64,000 nt of DNA from Octopus vulgaris (GCA_951406725.2 OX597822.1:15128001-15192000); one strand, 5' to 3'. Shown: positions 38,304 to 52,564, counted from the first letter of the stretch. Notes: a model not told the origin generated them from the letters alone. Translations and numbers: made by a program.

Positions 38304-38750
38304 TTACTGAGTAATGAAGGAAATATTTGCATTGTATGGGACAGCTTCGATTACTATGGGCGAGGATAGGGTGTATGGAATATTTTGAGACTTAAGGTTG
38401 TTTATATACGTTGCCAAGGAGGTTGATAATTTCGAATTTGGATTGCAGAAGGAATTTGTGTGCAAGGTAGCGGCGCTTGAAAAGTTTACAGTGCCACCGA
38501 TATACACCTTTGCTTGGTGGGAGTGTGGTATTATAACACGGCACTTGTTATCTACATTTTTTACACAGACAGTATCCTCCAAGAGGCCATAATCGAGAAA
38601 CCGGACAATTGCAAGTTTTCTTACCTGTTCCGGGGTTGGAGTTTACTGCTAATGAGGTTGATCTCCGTTGGTTCATTCTTAGTGGGGGAGAATCTGAAGA
38701 GCAATCTGTATTTGTATTGGATTGGGAGGTGGTATTGCAGCTAATATTTA
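38304..38750 (-). pseudogene. PLE GIY-YIG endonuclease fragment (Naiad-like signature), degraded
   Basis: KTCNC....PLGGYCL, then KVYIG.T..F......H.NSF.......STSLATYI..LK....Y......I...A.PY. Confidence 0.6.
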
Positions 38751-39844
38751 TCAAGCAGTGTTTTTAAATCATTATGAATGTGTCATATCATCATTCAGTT
38801 GTATAAAAACATACTGATAAAGAAACATTGAGTTTGAATATATTTCAAAGTAAGAAATATAAAATGGTTAATCTATCGTTGATTATATTCTGAAGATAAT
38901 TTACAATAAACTTATTGTATATTAAATTTGGCGAAATTTTCCTGGTTTATTATAAAATTCGTATGCATTATATTATCTGTATCAATATTATATCTACATC
39001 ATCAAAAACGTGATTCTGTATCAAACTATAATCGATTTGTTATGATGAGTGGAAATTACAAATTGTGCAACTTTTTCCAAGATATAACCATCGTCACCAA
39101 AGTAAATACACATTGAGAAGAACAAAAGATAAATAATTTACAAGCTTTGTTTATGAAGTTATATTAATGTCTTTTAGCAACCAATATACTTAATTTAGCG
39201 AGGAAATTCATATGAGGCATGTATGGCAAAACAATATGATTGTAATGAAATGAATAAAATGTTTGATTGGAAATTTAATAATTACAGATATAGATGATCG
39301 ATGAAAGATATTGAACGACGACGAAATATATTGAGAATTTCGTGTTATTACTTTGATCATATCATTCATTATTTAGTTGATATATTACAAATATTTGACT
39401 TTCTCTGTTGTGTCCTTATATCATTATTAAACGGACGAAGTACTGGTGCTACTGGTTGATTTTAAGAGCATTGTGTTTTATATTAGCATCTAGTCCGGGA
39501 ATAAAGGGCAGCTACCATGATGTTTCTTATTTTTTCTATTTAGGAAATTAGTAAAAAGAAATGAGAAAAATATCTTTAAATTGGAAACCTAATCGGGAAG
39601 CTTGCGGTTCGTCGTGACCACCATTAACGGCTCCCGAATTCATTGTTAAACAGGCGACTGAGTATGTCTCCCATAAAAGAACGCGAAACTCAAAATACCG
39701 GGACAAACACGGCAAGAAATCGACTATGTCAAAATTTTACAAATACACCGCCTGAGCTGGAGCTATCTTTTATCGACCCATTATAACAATACAACCTCTC
39801 GTTTTATAGCTTGAACATGCAGGAATTTAAAGGCAAACAAAATG

Positions 39845-40523
39845 GCTTCTTTCTGTTTCCGTTGACCAAATTCACACACAAGGCTTTGGTCGGAACATGG
39901 CTATAGAAGAAGACACACGCCCAAGGTGCCACGCAGTGGGACTGAACCCGGAACCATGTGGTTGGTAATCAAGCTACTTTATTTCATTTCACTGGCCATG
40001 AAGGCCGTATACAGAGGGAGTAGCTTGCGGGCTGGACAAAAAACATTAATACGATGAGTGATGAAAAGGATGGTATAAATGAGCGAAGGCAAAAGACGCC
40101 TGTCGATCTTCTGCTTCTCTAAAATATTGTTCTTTTTCTTTTCAAAGCAAGAAACAAAACGAGGTATTAAACGTCTTATCTCAGTTCTACAATTACTGGA
40201 CTTGACAGTCCATTACGAATTGAGGCGCGGAGCCTCTTACAAACAAACATTTATGCACTAAAGCCTCTTTATCCTTCCTCCCCGACCAGGCCGTATGCCT
40301 CCCGCAAGCAATGCTCCAGGTCCAGGTCGGGGCCCCAGAAGGCGAACCTAAACTGGTCCTTCGGAAAGGAGTCCATCACCCTGAACATATCGACGTCCAT
40401 TACGACCTCCGTAGTCACCTGCAGAGGCAAAACCGAGTCTTCAGTCCAGAGCCTGGTTTCCTCCCTCCGGCCCTCTAGCCTCCTTAAGAAGTAAGCTACT
40501 TACCACACAGATGCTCCTGCGCC
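39845..40523 (-). mobile_element. Family-B SINE head split by a 513-bp retroposon insert (39980-40492)
   Basis: SINE head resumes after the insert; aagctactt duplicated at 39971-39979 and 40493-40501. Confidence 0.8.
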
Positions 40524-40739
40524 ATTTATTTACTAAATGGAATTATATATATTCAAAACTTCCATAGCCAAATGTAATGAAGCTACATAAGATAAACAGA
40601 TTGGCAGTGCGACATGTAGCGTCATTTGTAAAATACATGATCAAATATATGCATCGGAATTCATGATTCAAACTTTGAAATGATATATACCTTGTGTGTG
40701 AATTTGGTTCACGGAAACGGTGTGGAGGTCTGCCAAATA

Positions 40740-41105
40740 TAAAGACGTCTGTATTTGTGGATGGATGTGGGCATGTACGTATGTATATTTGTGTGTGTGT
40801 GTGCGTGTGCAGATTTTGTGTATGTGTGGTGCGTGTGTGCATACGGATGTAGGTTCCTTTGAGTTGGTGCTTGTCCCACTACCGCTTGAAAATCATTGTT
40901 TTGTTCATGTCCCCGTAACTAAACGTTTGGCAGAAGAGACCGATTAATAAGTATCAGAATTGAAAAATAAAAAAAAATAATCATTGAAGTTGGGATTTGT
41001 TTGATAAAGCACTTGAAGCGAGTGGCCCCTCGATGGCATCGGTGTCTTGAAGCGAGTGGCCCCTCGATGGGATCGGTGTCTAGTGACTGAAAGAAGTAAA
41101 AGATA
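40740..41105 (+). mobile_element. SINE family B 3' part with an internal 34-bp tandem duplication (41012-41079)
   Basis: gtccccgtaact...ggcagaagagaccgat...aagtat; cttgaagcgagtggcccctcgatgg(c/g)atcggtgt x2. Confidence 0.7.
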
Positions 41106-41166
41106 AAATATGGAAAATAAGATAAACGAGTCATGTGATGCAAAAAATATGTAACAGAATGAATAA

Positions 41167-41381
41167 TATTTTCTACTCTTGGCACAAGGCCTGAAATTTT
41201 GGGGAAGGGAGGCAGTCGATTAGATCGACCCCAGAATGCAACTGGTACTTAATTTATCGACCACGAAAGGATGAAAGACAAATTAGACCTCCCCGAAACT
41301 TGAACTCAGAACATAAATACAGATGAAATGCCGCTAAGCATTTCACCCGGCGTCCTAAAGTTTCTTCCAGCTCGCCGCCCT
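41167..41381 (-). mobile_element. SINE family A monomer with TSD
   Basis: aacagaat(g/a)aataa at 41153-41166 and 41384-41397. Confidence 0.85.
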
Positions 41382-41542
41382 GAAACAGAATAAATAAGGT
41401 AACGAACTTAAATAAGTGCTGATCATAATGTATACACTGATCTGTGTTACCAGGCTGAGTTGTCCCTTATACATTTTTCAGTGAAAAGAACTTTCGGGAG
41501 TGGATTTGTATTGTAAATTATTCATGTTAATCTTCTTACAAT

Positions 41543-41923
41543 GGAAGCACTCCGTCGGTTACGACGACGAGGGTTCCGGTTGATCCGATCAGCGGAACAG
41601 CCTGCTCGTGAAATTAACGTGTAAGTGGCTGAGCACTCCACAGACACGTGTACCCTTAACGTAGTTCTCGGGGATATTCACCGTGACACAGAGTGACAAG
41701 GCCGGCCTTTTGAAATACAAGTACAACAGAAACAGGAAGTAAGAGTGAAAGAAAGTTGTGGTGAAAGAGTACAGCAGGGATCACCACCATCTCTGCCGGA
41801 GCCTCGTGGAGCTTTTAGGTGTTTTCACTCAATAAACACTCACAACGCCCGGTCTGGCAATCGAAACCGCGATCCTACGACCGCGAGTCCGCTGCCCTAG
41901 CCACTGGGCCATTGCGCCTCCAC
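41543..41923 (-). mobile_element. Young tRNA-derived SINE (family C) with 12-bp TSD
   Basis: tcttcttacaat at 41531-41542 and 41924-41935; head GTGGAGGCGCAATGGCCCAGTGG (A box) ... GGTTTCGATTGCC (B box). Confidence 0.9.
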
Positions 41924-42132
41924 TCTTCTTACAATAGTTTCTTCCTCAATAAGTAAACTAGTACAATGCGACACAGGATGTATATTAGAGAAAACGAAGA
42001 ACTGTATTTGGTTGGCGCTTTGTTTTATCGACCTCAGAAAGATAAAAAGTAAATAGGAATGTTGGTCATTTTGCAAATGAGGACGATAAATGGCGGTCAC
42101 TGAACAACAAATCAATTTATCTGACGGTGTAA

Positions 42133-42528
42133 TCTTTATATATAAAAGTCAAGTTGTGTGTCTGTCTCCTACGATTTAGATTCCTAACTACTCCCACATT
42201 TTGCGGTGCAGTTTAACCAAAACAGGGTATCTTATAGTCGTGATTCATATCGAGCCCTTCTGGGTATTAGCGCGCGTCTACGATAAATCTACGATTTAAA
42301 AAAATTTACCATCATTTTTTTTCCATTTTAATGCATTTTTTCGCTATTATATAAGGGAAGTAACTCTCTAAAAATGTCTACGATGAGTCAACGAGTTTTA
42401 AAAAAAATTACCATCATTTTTTTTCCATTTTTAATGCATTTTTTGCTATTTTTTTGCTATAACTCTCTAAAAATGCTTATATAGTTATTTCCCTTACAAA
42501 CCCGAGCAACGCCGGGCGATACTGCTAG
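42133..42528 (+). mobile_element. Non-autonomous Helitron
   Basis: 5' TC, 3' CTAG, subterminal hairpin cccg.agcaacgc.cggg, inserted between A and T with no TSD; internal ~95-bp imperfect duplication. Confidence 0.85.
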
Positions 42529-43629
42529 TAATTCTATAAAAACTCAGCCTTATTTTCTATGTAATTATATCATACACCCAAATTGCTGTTTAAAAAGAGA
42601 CACCAAGCTCGATTTCGCTTTAAGCTTAAACAATTTTCGGTTGGCCAAAGATTTTAGCATATAAATCAAAGTGATACAAGTCATATTTTTCTACTTCTCT
42701 TTATAACTGAACGTGTTGGTAGAAAATAATCATTAACATTTATGTTTCTTTCGTTTATTTCTTTTCCTCCGATATTTACCTCCGTTGCATCCGTTTCCTG
42801 AAGCCTGTTCAATTTTAAAAGTTCATGTAATTGAAAAATAGTGCAGAGTTATGCAAATAAATCCCAGAAGTACGCTCCCGAGTTTACATTGAATGGATAA
42901 AACTATTCTTAGTGTTTTCGGTGTAGTGTGATTTGCTTTGTGGAATCTTAGATTAACAATCATTTCTGTCAATGACATAAAACGACAACAATTGAAAATG
43001 CATTCTGTATTTAATCAACCTAAGTACACAAATGTTGCGTGTCTTATCGATCCAGAAGAATGAAATGTAATTTGAAATGATAGCACAAAAGGATAAAAGT
43101 AAACACACCCGACAAGGAACTTTGTCCTCCATGCTACCTTCACTAGCGTTTCTACCTTTGTTTCACTTCTAAATCATTGTGTGTATAATTGTAAGTTATC
43201 AGCGTGCAAGAAAGTCTATAAGATCGATCCCAGCAAAGAGAAATTGGATCAGCCTCGGTCATCGTTTGAGTACAGTTCAATTAGCATTAATGCCTTAAAA
43301 CCCTCTTTGAAGGCTTGTTTTGAACGTCTCGTTCTACGCGACTATAATACATTTCAGTCCAATAATCACGAGTTGAAATAAAAACAATCAAAATGGAGAC
43401 ATGAAGAATAGTTGACAGAATTGCTTCAAGAGGTCAGCTGACAGAATACTTTGCCATGTCGGAATGAAATGGTCAACGATTTCGTATTCTGGATCTTTAC
43501 TGGCGTTTCATTTGTTTTATATCCTGAGTTCAAACTTCCCCGTGTTTGGTGTCATCGACTAGACGACTTTGCAAAATTTCAGGACTCAAGCATATAGTAG
43601 AAAGAGTTATCATTATCCCGTAGTCTTTT

Positions 43630-44475
43630 AGCGCGTGCTTTCACTGGAACAATGGGCGCAGGTCTGTGTGCCTTGGGTATGTGCTGTGGTTTGTTGTGAT
43701 GCTCTTATTTTTACTATATTGAAAGTGTTTTACGTAGGATGCTGCAGTGCCTAGTAGTGCCATTTTGTGTATGTTATATATACTTGTTAGTCCGGATATG
43801 TATTTGTCTGAGTATTTTATCATACCTAATGAGCCTATTGTGATGGGAATTGTTTCTGCTTTTAGGCGCCACATTCGAGTTACCTCTATTTCCAGATCGT
43901 TGTGTTTTGAAAGTTTCTCCGTTTCTTATAGAGAAATATTGTCATTTGCTGGTATCATTATTATTATTATTATCATCATTATTATTATTATTATTATTAT
44001 TCTATGTTTGACTTTTGCTTTATGTCTGTACAAGTTGGCTCCAAGTCTCACCCAGAGACCTCAAGAGACAACAGGTTGGAAGTTCTGTGCCATATATTTG
44101 GGTTTTTTTTTTGGTGTTGTACTAGTGAATGTCTAATACATAAAAAAAAAATAAAAAAATAAATAAATAAATAAAAATAAATAAATAAAATAAAAATAAA
44201 AATAAAAATAAATAAACAAAAAAGTTTGTTTTAAACCTTGGGATTACATAGAGAGTATTTTGCGTAGGATATGAGCAGTTCCCATGAGCACTATCTTTTG
44301 AATTTCTGCCATTTTGGGGTTTCCTGGTATCTGAGTTAGGTAGCAATCAGTCCCTTTCGCTATCATTCCCAGGGCACCTATGACAACAGGTATTGTTTTA
44401 GTCTTCAGCTTCCACATTTTGCTGATTTCTATTTCAAGATCGTTATTATTATTATTATCTCTTTTTTATATTATC

Positions 44476-44555
<80 letters not shown>

Positions 44556-45011
44556 GAGTGAGAGAGCAGTTCATGCCATCAAAATGACACGGATAAAATA
44601 TACAAAGCCTAGTATACTCATCATGACAACCCGTCTGATAAGGATACACTAGGCACATGCATCACAACCAAATGTGAGCGACATGGTGATCTCATGTCAA
44701 GATAAACAGCGCATGACCTTGCAGGTGGGACCCAGTTAGGATTTTCTTCTGGTCGAGCAACCCATCCTACTAAAAAGGTTCCTGAATAAGGGTTGCTTAA
44801 GGATGATGAACAAAACACCCATGTTTTCAAAGGAGAATTATCCAATTCTCTAAGAATTCCTTTCAACACACTACTATGATGCTCCCCAACTACTTCTGCT
44901 CGTGCTCAGAGATGCACATATCATCAGCCACTAAGAGAAATACTCAACTGGTTGAGGTCTAACAACTGACAAGCAAATATGTGGTATTATCATTATTATT
45001 ATTATTATTAC

Positions 45012-45078
<67 letters not shown>

Positions 45079-46160
45079 GAGTGAGAGAGCAGTTCATGCC
45101 ATCAAGGTGACACTGGGGTAAAATATACGAAGCCCAATATACCCATCATGACTACCCGTCTGATAAGGATACACCAGACACATGCATCACAACCATATGT
45201 GCGCTACATGGTGATCTCATATCAAGATAAACAGCACATGACCTTGCAGATGGGGCCCAGTTAGAATTTTCTTCAGGTTGAGTAGCCCATCCCGCTGAAA
45301 AGGTCCCTGAATAAGGGTTTTATTATTATTATCATTATTATTATATGAAGACTCATAGCTTATTTCACTGGGTATGATAGAAAGTGACAGTTGTCCACAG
45401 CCAGCAGACGAAGGTGACGCTTGTTTACTGGTCCTGCTTCAAGAACCCTGCCAAGTATTCTTGCAGTATCAAGCAATGCTGATTTTTGTAAGTGTTCTAC
45501 CTTCACACTTGCACCGATCTTTTACAGCCATTTTGGTAGCTGAGTGCTGATACTTCCAAGTGCATCAATTACTATTGGTATCACGTCTACTCTCTTCATT
45601 CACCACAACCTTCGTATTTCCCACATTAAATCCTCAGAGTTGCTTATTTTTTCTTCTTCTTTCACATTGATCCTGTTTTATTCGGACATATTATGTCGAT
45701 TATCATACATGTTCTTTCTTTTTTAGTCACCACGACCATGTCTGGTTTCTATTATATGGTCAGATGATTGCACTGGATCATTTCATCCCACAGGATTTTG
45801 CAATTCCCATTTTCGTTGACTCCTTCTGGAGTTTGATCATATCACGTCTTTCCTCTTTGTAGGCCGTAATTTGCATAGAACTCCCTATGTATCATTCTTG
45901 CCATATTGTCACGGAGTCTTTTGCATACGCGTTGTGCCATTTTTGGGCGCTCCCTAAAGATGCGCCATACCGTTTCACCCCTCTCACCACACATTCTGCA
46001 TTGTCGCTATCGGTAGTGTTGTCTATTCTGCACTTCATATAATTGTTCCTTAACGCTTGTTCCTTAGATGCGCATATGAGCGCTTCTGTCTCAACTATCT
46101 TCTGGTTACCCCTCCTCATCCATAGCAATGTTTTCTGATGTTTTCTGCTACTCATACATT
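43630..46160 (-). mobile_element. Nest of R4/Dong-like RLE LINE fragments interleaved with (TAA)n
   Basis: DLEIEVTRMWRLKAETIPITIGSLG (43.75-43.95 kb), DLEIEISKMWKLKTKTIPVVIGALG (44.25-44.44 kb), ETEALICASKEQALRNNY (45.9-46.15 kb); separated by (ATT)n tracts. Confidence 0.85.
44556..45319. repeat. Two copies (44556-~44990, 45079-45319) of an interspersed repeat each abutting (ATT)n
   Basis: gagtgagagagcagttcatgccatcaa...ggtccctgaataagggtt shared over ~240 bp; probably the 3' end of a (TAA)n-tailed retroposon on the minus strand. Confidence 0.75.
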
Positions 46161-47199
46161 TCCATTGTTCATATTATCCAGGAGTATAGAATTATATCGT
46201 ATGCTTTTCGATACTCAACCCATGCTATGCTCAGGCTTTTGTGTCTTCTCTTGCAGTTTCCGAGAATTTAATTCTCCACTTGGAAAATTCTCCATTTCGA
46301 AAGAGATCAATTATTTACTGGACAGCTACAGGAATGTAGCTTGTACATTAAATAATTCATAGCTTTCAAAATCTGCAAATTATGATAAAGATCTAACTTC
46401 CAAGAATTATTTCGGTGCGGCTGAGAAGTCTGTACTTTCTAAAGTCTGAAATTGTATTTTCAAACATATTCTTCCAATTGCATCGTGTCCTACTAGAAAA
46501 TAGTACCAGAATTGTTTAATCATAGCAAGATGACTGTAATCATTGTATTGTAAAGATTTTTGTCCAAATGGTATTCAGGATTAACAACCAATTCTAAGCT
46601 GATAATTTTTTCATTGCCATAAAACGAATTTTTTAATGTAAATATTTGTAAATACCTAAACGTTGAATAGCTTAGTTTGTAGTATCATAATGTTGGAATA
46701 CTTCAAAATGACTTATGAGTCAACGGCTTAAAACCGAGTATATGCTGTTGCGTGAGGCAGCATAATCAAAATGTTTTTCGGTTTCTTAGCGTGCCTTGGA
46801 TCTAAAACGCTTTTTATAGTTTTATTTTCATTCAGCCACACCCCTGATATAACGATCGCCACCAGCATTTCCTGTATTTCCCTACATATTGATTCCGCTT
46901 AGTCTTGCCACATCTGTTAAATATTCTTCAATGAGTACATCCAGTAGTACCGACTCAGGTCCGTTTTCTTTCGCCCGTTGGTTTAAAACATTTTTACTCG
47001 CGTGTTTCCTCCAAATGTTTGTTTTAATTTTTCCTCTCATACAATTAATGTTTTGACTCTGTAAAAAGACACAACAATTTTATAGATCTAAAGGAAATCA
47101 ATATTTTCTATATTGATCGATACTTTTATTTGCCGATCTTATTATAGACAGGCCTCTTCTTGGTTGCTTTTTGTTTTCCAAACGCCCTTAAAGTTTTCC

Positions 47200-47900
47200 G
47201 TCTAGAAATGCTTGGTTAATTTCAGATAAATGAAGTTATTAAAAAATACGATCTACCAATTGCTTCTCTAAACATTTTGCGTGTTTCATTGGGTCACTCA
47301 CAGTTGAATGTCAGAGTCACACTCCAGAAAATCAAGCAGGATGATGTATTTGTTACCATTAAAACTCATCATTTTATGTGCCGATCGCTGGATTTTGAAA
47401 TTTGTAGAAAGGGTGTGACATTATTCTATAGGCTACACTTGCATCTTCCGAATCATAAACACACGTCCACGTTCCATCTTCTGCCTTGATCAGTTTCAAA
47501 CAATTCCATTAGATAAGAGTAGACGTCCATCCTCTTTTCGTTCAAATTTAGTGACATCGGCCGATGTATCATTTTCCCACACATTTTCCAATATCGAAAG
47601 ACTTCCTCCATATTCCGTAATGTGTTATGATCACATTTTAGTTGTACCGCAAAACCACGATTTGTGATTCATCTCTTCGCATGAATTAGTTCAGCATATT
47701 GCTTCAGTCAATGATGCCATCTCCAAAAACATCCTATGACCTTCCGTGAATGTCCCATAGCTTGTCCTCCTTCGAAAAGACAAAAAATGTCAATGGCCTC
47801 TTACTCTTGCTTGGAAGCTATCCGTCCTGCGACAACGGGAAGAAGGTTTACTACAGAAGGCGAGTTCCTCTGCCAGCATATACAATATCGACAACTTTTA
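47200..47900 (-). pseudogene. Old, heavily degraded mariner transposase
   Basis: Minus-strand remnants ASKQE.EAIDIF..FEG, EDGTWT..YDSE (DETW..YDPE-like), IILLDFLE. Confidence 0.45.
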
Positions 47901-47948
47901 TCAGTTGAAATAGATCCTGCCTACTTTAGCATTATGTGGCTATTCATT

Positions 47949-48003
<55 letters not shown>

Positions 48004-48673
48004 TTATATATATATGTATGTATGTGTGTGTGTGTGTGTGTGTGTATTTCTGTGTGTGGTTATGCTAATATAATTACACACAAAGAGAAATATTTCAGAA
48101 ATATGATTGTATTAGCAGGATGTTTCGTCTGACAAATACGTACACACACACACACCACACACACACACACGCACACACGGTAGACATACACGCGCACGTG
48201 CGTTTGACACACACATCTTTTTATATGAAATTAGATGAATTCCTGCCTGAAACTGCACTACTGCATTTTGTGTTAATTTAATTGTGGCGGTGTATTTTAT
48301 AACATGTCTCCTCTCATCCCATTAATTTATTTTCCTCGTCCTTTATGCGGCAGTCTTTTAACAATAGCAAATTGAATTTATGAGCTGGAATATCTTACAA
48401 ACGTCCAAAGTCATTCTGTGTAACTGACACATTTCCTCCTATCAATTTGGTGCTGTGCTTATAACGGAAGCTGAATATATATATTCATACGAATGTCACA
48501 CACATTCCCCCACAACCACCTATATATATATACACACACACACGTACACGTGTATGCATACATATGCGTACATATATGCATATGTATATATATATATGTG
48601 TATAAATATATACATATGAATATATAAATATATATATATATATATATACATGTGTATAAATATATACATATGA

Positions 48674-48704
<31 letters not shown>

Positions 48705-49623
48705 AATACATATATATATATGTATGCATGTGTGTGTGTATATGTATGTATGTAAGCCATAATGCATTTAAGCATATATTGTTTATTATACGGTTCTAGT
48801 TAACGTAGGCGTTTAGGCCTACCACATATTCCCTGCTTTATAAGGAAGACACTCAGAATGCATAAACGTAACGCTGCGCAGGAAATTAGATAATGCTTAA
48901 GGTTTTCGCCACCAAGAACAACAATTAATGATCGAATTTCATTAACCCTTAGAGCAGAAGCGAAGTTTTATCGTTTGAGTGTGTGTTCCTGAAATCATTA
49001 TTCATAACTATTGATTATTTTATTTAATTAGCAACTGAATATCTGCTATACTTCCTAAAATATGTATTGGGGATTGACCGAACTGCACTCTGGGTAAATA
49101 TTTATTGAAATTATTTCAACTATACTTTATATTGTCTTTAGGAATATGCATCAGGCGTTCAAATTATCGCAATATAGATTATGTCTCAGAAATGTAACTG
49201 TTGATTGTGGTTGTGTGATTGAAGATTAAATGTTGCGTTAGTCGTTTGAACATTTACAGGTTGAATCTTGGGTCTCCAGATGTCTTCCTACATCTTCCTA
49301 CGTGAATTCTCACATGGAGTAAGGCAGGACTCCATGTGACAATTCATGACTAACAGGTATGTACAATCCACATCCACTGAATTATTTGGATGGGAAGTTC
49401 TTGATATTTGTAACTCAAAGAATATATAATCGCCATTCACAAATACGTTTGTTGGAAACCCTGAGAAGGTGTCAAACTAAATTTGAAGTCTGGGGAGAAT
49501 GTTGAAGCCCTAAACTTTTCATTAATTAATTGACAAATTATGCACACAATCGTTATAGATGAGCAGCTTTCTCCTCTAGTCACTGAAACGATCGTAATAA
49601 AACATCAACATTCTACCTATTGC

Positions 49624-49765
<142 letters not shown>

Positions 49766-49768
49766 CGT

Positions 49769-50093
49769 ATCAAAATAAGCAACAAGGATCTTCAGAGGTA
49801 ATGCAGTACGATCATTTCTAGTGAAAAGCAGTGTTTTCTTTGAAACAAATTTCATTTACAACTGCGATGTTGTTGGTAAAACACGTTCTTTGTCTATCTC
49901 CTTATATTTTTGGAGATTTGGGGTTAAATTATAGAAATGTGTCCTTCAAATTTAATTCAATTCTATGTCTTTGTGCAGCTGAAGATTGCTCTGCATTTTG
50001 AATTGATGTAATGATTGCATCGTTCGATTGAATGGAGCTGCATGAAATGATCGTACTGCATTACCTCTGGATATCCTTGTTGCTTATTTTGAT
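49769..50093. mobile_element. MITE with ~50-bp TIRs
   Basis: atcaaaataagcaacaaggat...cagaggtaatgcagtacgatcatttc (49769-49818) vs gaaatgatcgtactgcattacctctg...atccttgttgcttattttgat (50044-50093). Confidence 0.8.
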
Positions 50094-50227
50094 TTTAATC
50101 ACCTTGTTTTAAATTGTATGGATAATACTATACTTAATTCTGGTGCCTCAACTTAAGTACCATATTCAACTGAATCTACATTTTTTATCTATTTACGTAT
50201 GTATGTATGTATGTATGTATCTATCTG

Positions 50228-50283
<56 letters not shown>

Positions 50284-52149
50284 TGCAGTAATCGTAATGT
50301 TTTACATATAAAACTATATAATGTTTTATAAGTAAACCATTAGGTTTACTGCAAACAGAAATCTCTTTTTTCCCCCTTCGCAATGTTAGTAAAATCATTA
50401 ATTTGCTTTGCCAAATTGTTATATGAACATCTTACATGCAATATTTCCAAAGCTATTTTAAAGGCATTTGAATTTCCAATATTTTGTTGCTAAATTTTTC
50501 TACAAACATTATCAAATTATGCCTGAAAAATAACCAGGCTATTTAAAAAGACATCATTATTTAATCCGGTATACAACTACATTTGCATTGTAGTAGGCTT
50601 TCGTATATATTTTATACTTAACTGCAACTAGACGATCGTGCAAAATGAACTTAAAGCTAGATACATACAATATATTGTGATTGAAGCAGATTATTCTGAC
50701 AAATAATGAACAATATTAAAATTTCTCTTTGTTTCTTTTCATCTACAATTAAGTGATTATATATGTTACACTGAATGTCTAGACTTCTTGAAAGTTAAAT
50801 GTCTAGACACGTTATCAGTCTTAACTTTTTATCAGTCAAATACACCTGCTGTTATTCCTTTACGTTTATAGAATAATTCATATTTTATGTCTTATTTGGC
50901 GTTGACACACACACACACACGTACTTCACATATATTTATATCGCAATTATAAAAATTATTTTTCTATTGTCAGCGACTGATGGATTATTCTCTCAGGAGG
51001 ATAATGAATATTTTTAATTCAACGAATTGCTAATTTGATAAAAGAAATATCAACTTAGAGAAACAATTGATGTGTCTTTCTAAGTTTGAGAATTCATTGT
51101 GTTCACAGAGAAATCTAAAAGAATATCATTTATAATTTCTTTCTTTATTGAATACAAAAGAATTTCGAATTTAATATATTAAAGGAATAGAGAAAGTTTT
51201 ATTTTATCACAGAATATCACATTTAGGAATTATGCATAGCTTACGTTTGCCATCACACTTCTGGTGTTTCTAATCTCAGCGTTCATTATTACAAGGAAAT
51301 ATAACACGATGGCTCAACAGTCACGTGAACATTTTAAAATTATAACTTTTATTATAATTATATTTTGCAGTTATTTTTCTTCTTTCAGATTGTTGACATG
51401 TAATTCTTGGGGGAAAATCGTAGACAAATTTTCTTCACACTGAAGTTATATGTTGCCATCGTTAGTTCCATATTTCCTCGGTATTCGATAATGTAAAAGC
51501 AACAATAGTATCGATAGTATTGATTTGATTATATTATCTGTGAACCGAAGAACCGTGTTTCTGTCCAACCGAAAGAAAATATAAACATTGTTGACTAAAG
51601 GTAAAACACTTCTTACTTGACTATGAAGCATACGTTTACAATTTCATTCGGCAAAATGTTACAACTGTATTTTTAACTCTAATTTAATAGAAACTTATTT
51701 GCAGACACTTCCGGTTCCTATCAATGCAAATATCAATATATATAGTAATACACATGCACTTACAGATATGCGTGTTTGTGTGTGTCTATGTGTAAATTAC
51801 TGCCGCATCAGTTGGTTGTCACTCCTCAGCAACCTGGAGTATTTGAGCGAAGAAGTAAAACAGAATAAATATTCTAGAACGGATTCTCGTGAAAGATTAT
51901 TTTATGTGTATTCTGATTTCAGTTTCAGTTACCTAGGAAGATATCACAATAAAAATAAAATGTGAAATGTTATGAACATAAATACAGCTGAAGCCTCAAA
52001 CAATATAGAAAGATCAATATTAAAGGGTACCGCAAGTGAAATGCACGCAGATATATTTAAGTAAATATATAGAGAAACACGTAGGCATATCGCAAAGTAA
52101 GTTTGCAGTGGTACATGTGTGTGTGTGAAGTTTTGTATAATTATGTTTG

Positions 52150-52153
52150 TATG

Positions 52154-52192
<39 letters not shown>

Positions 52193-52331
52193 CACGTAAT
52201 AGTGTATACACGTATAAGTATATATGTATATACAAGCATACGTATGTACGTAGAGGTAGCGCCATACTAATACATTGTTTGTTTGTACTCCACCTGCCTT
52301 CACCTTTTGTTTATTTTCGTAAACCTTCCCG

Positions 52332-52390
<59 letters not shown>

Positions 52391-52425
52391 CATATATATA
52401 TATATACATATATATATATACACAC

Positions 52426-52456
<31 letters not shown>

Positions 52457-52564
52457 CACATATATATACATATATATATACACACATGTATATATACAAA
52501 TATATATATACATATATATATACATATATATATACACATATATATACATACATACATATATGCG

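Noticed and set aside
41850-41923. tRNA gene
   Set aside because: A/B boxes belong to a TSD-flanked SINE head; no complete cloverleaf
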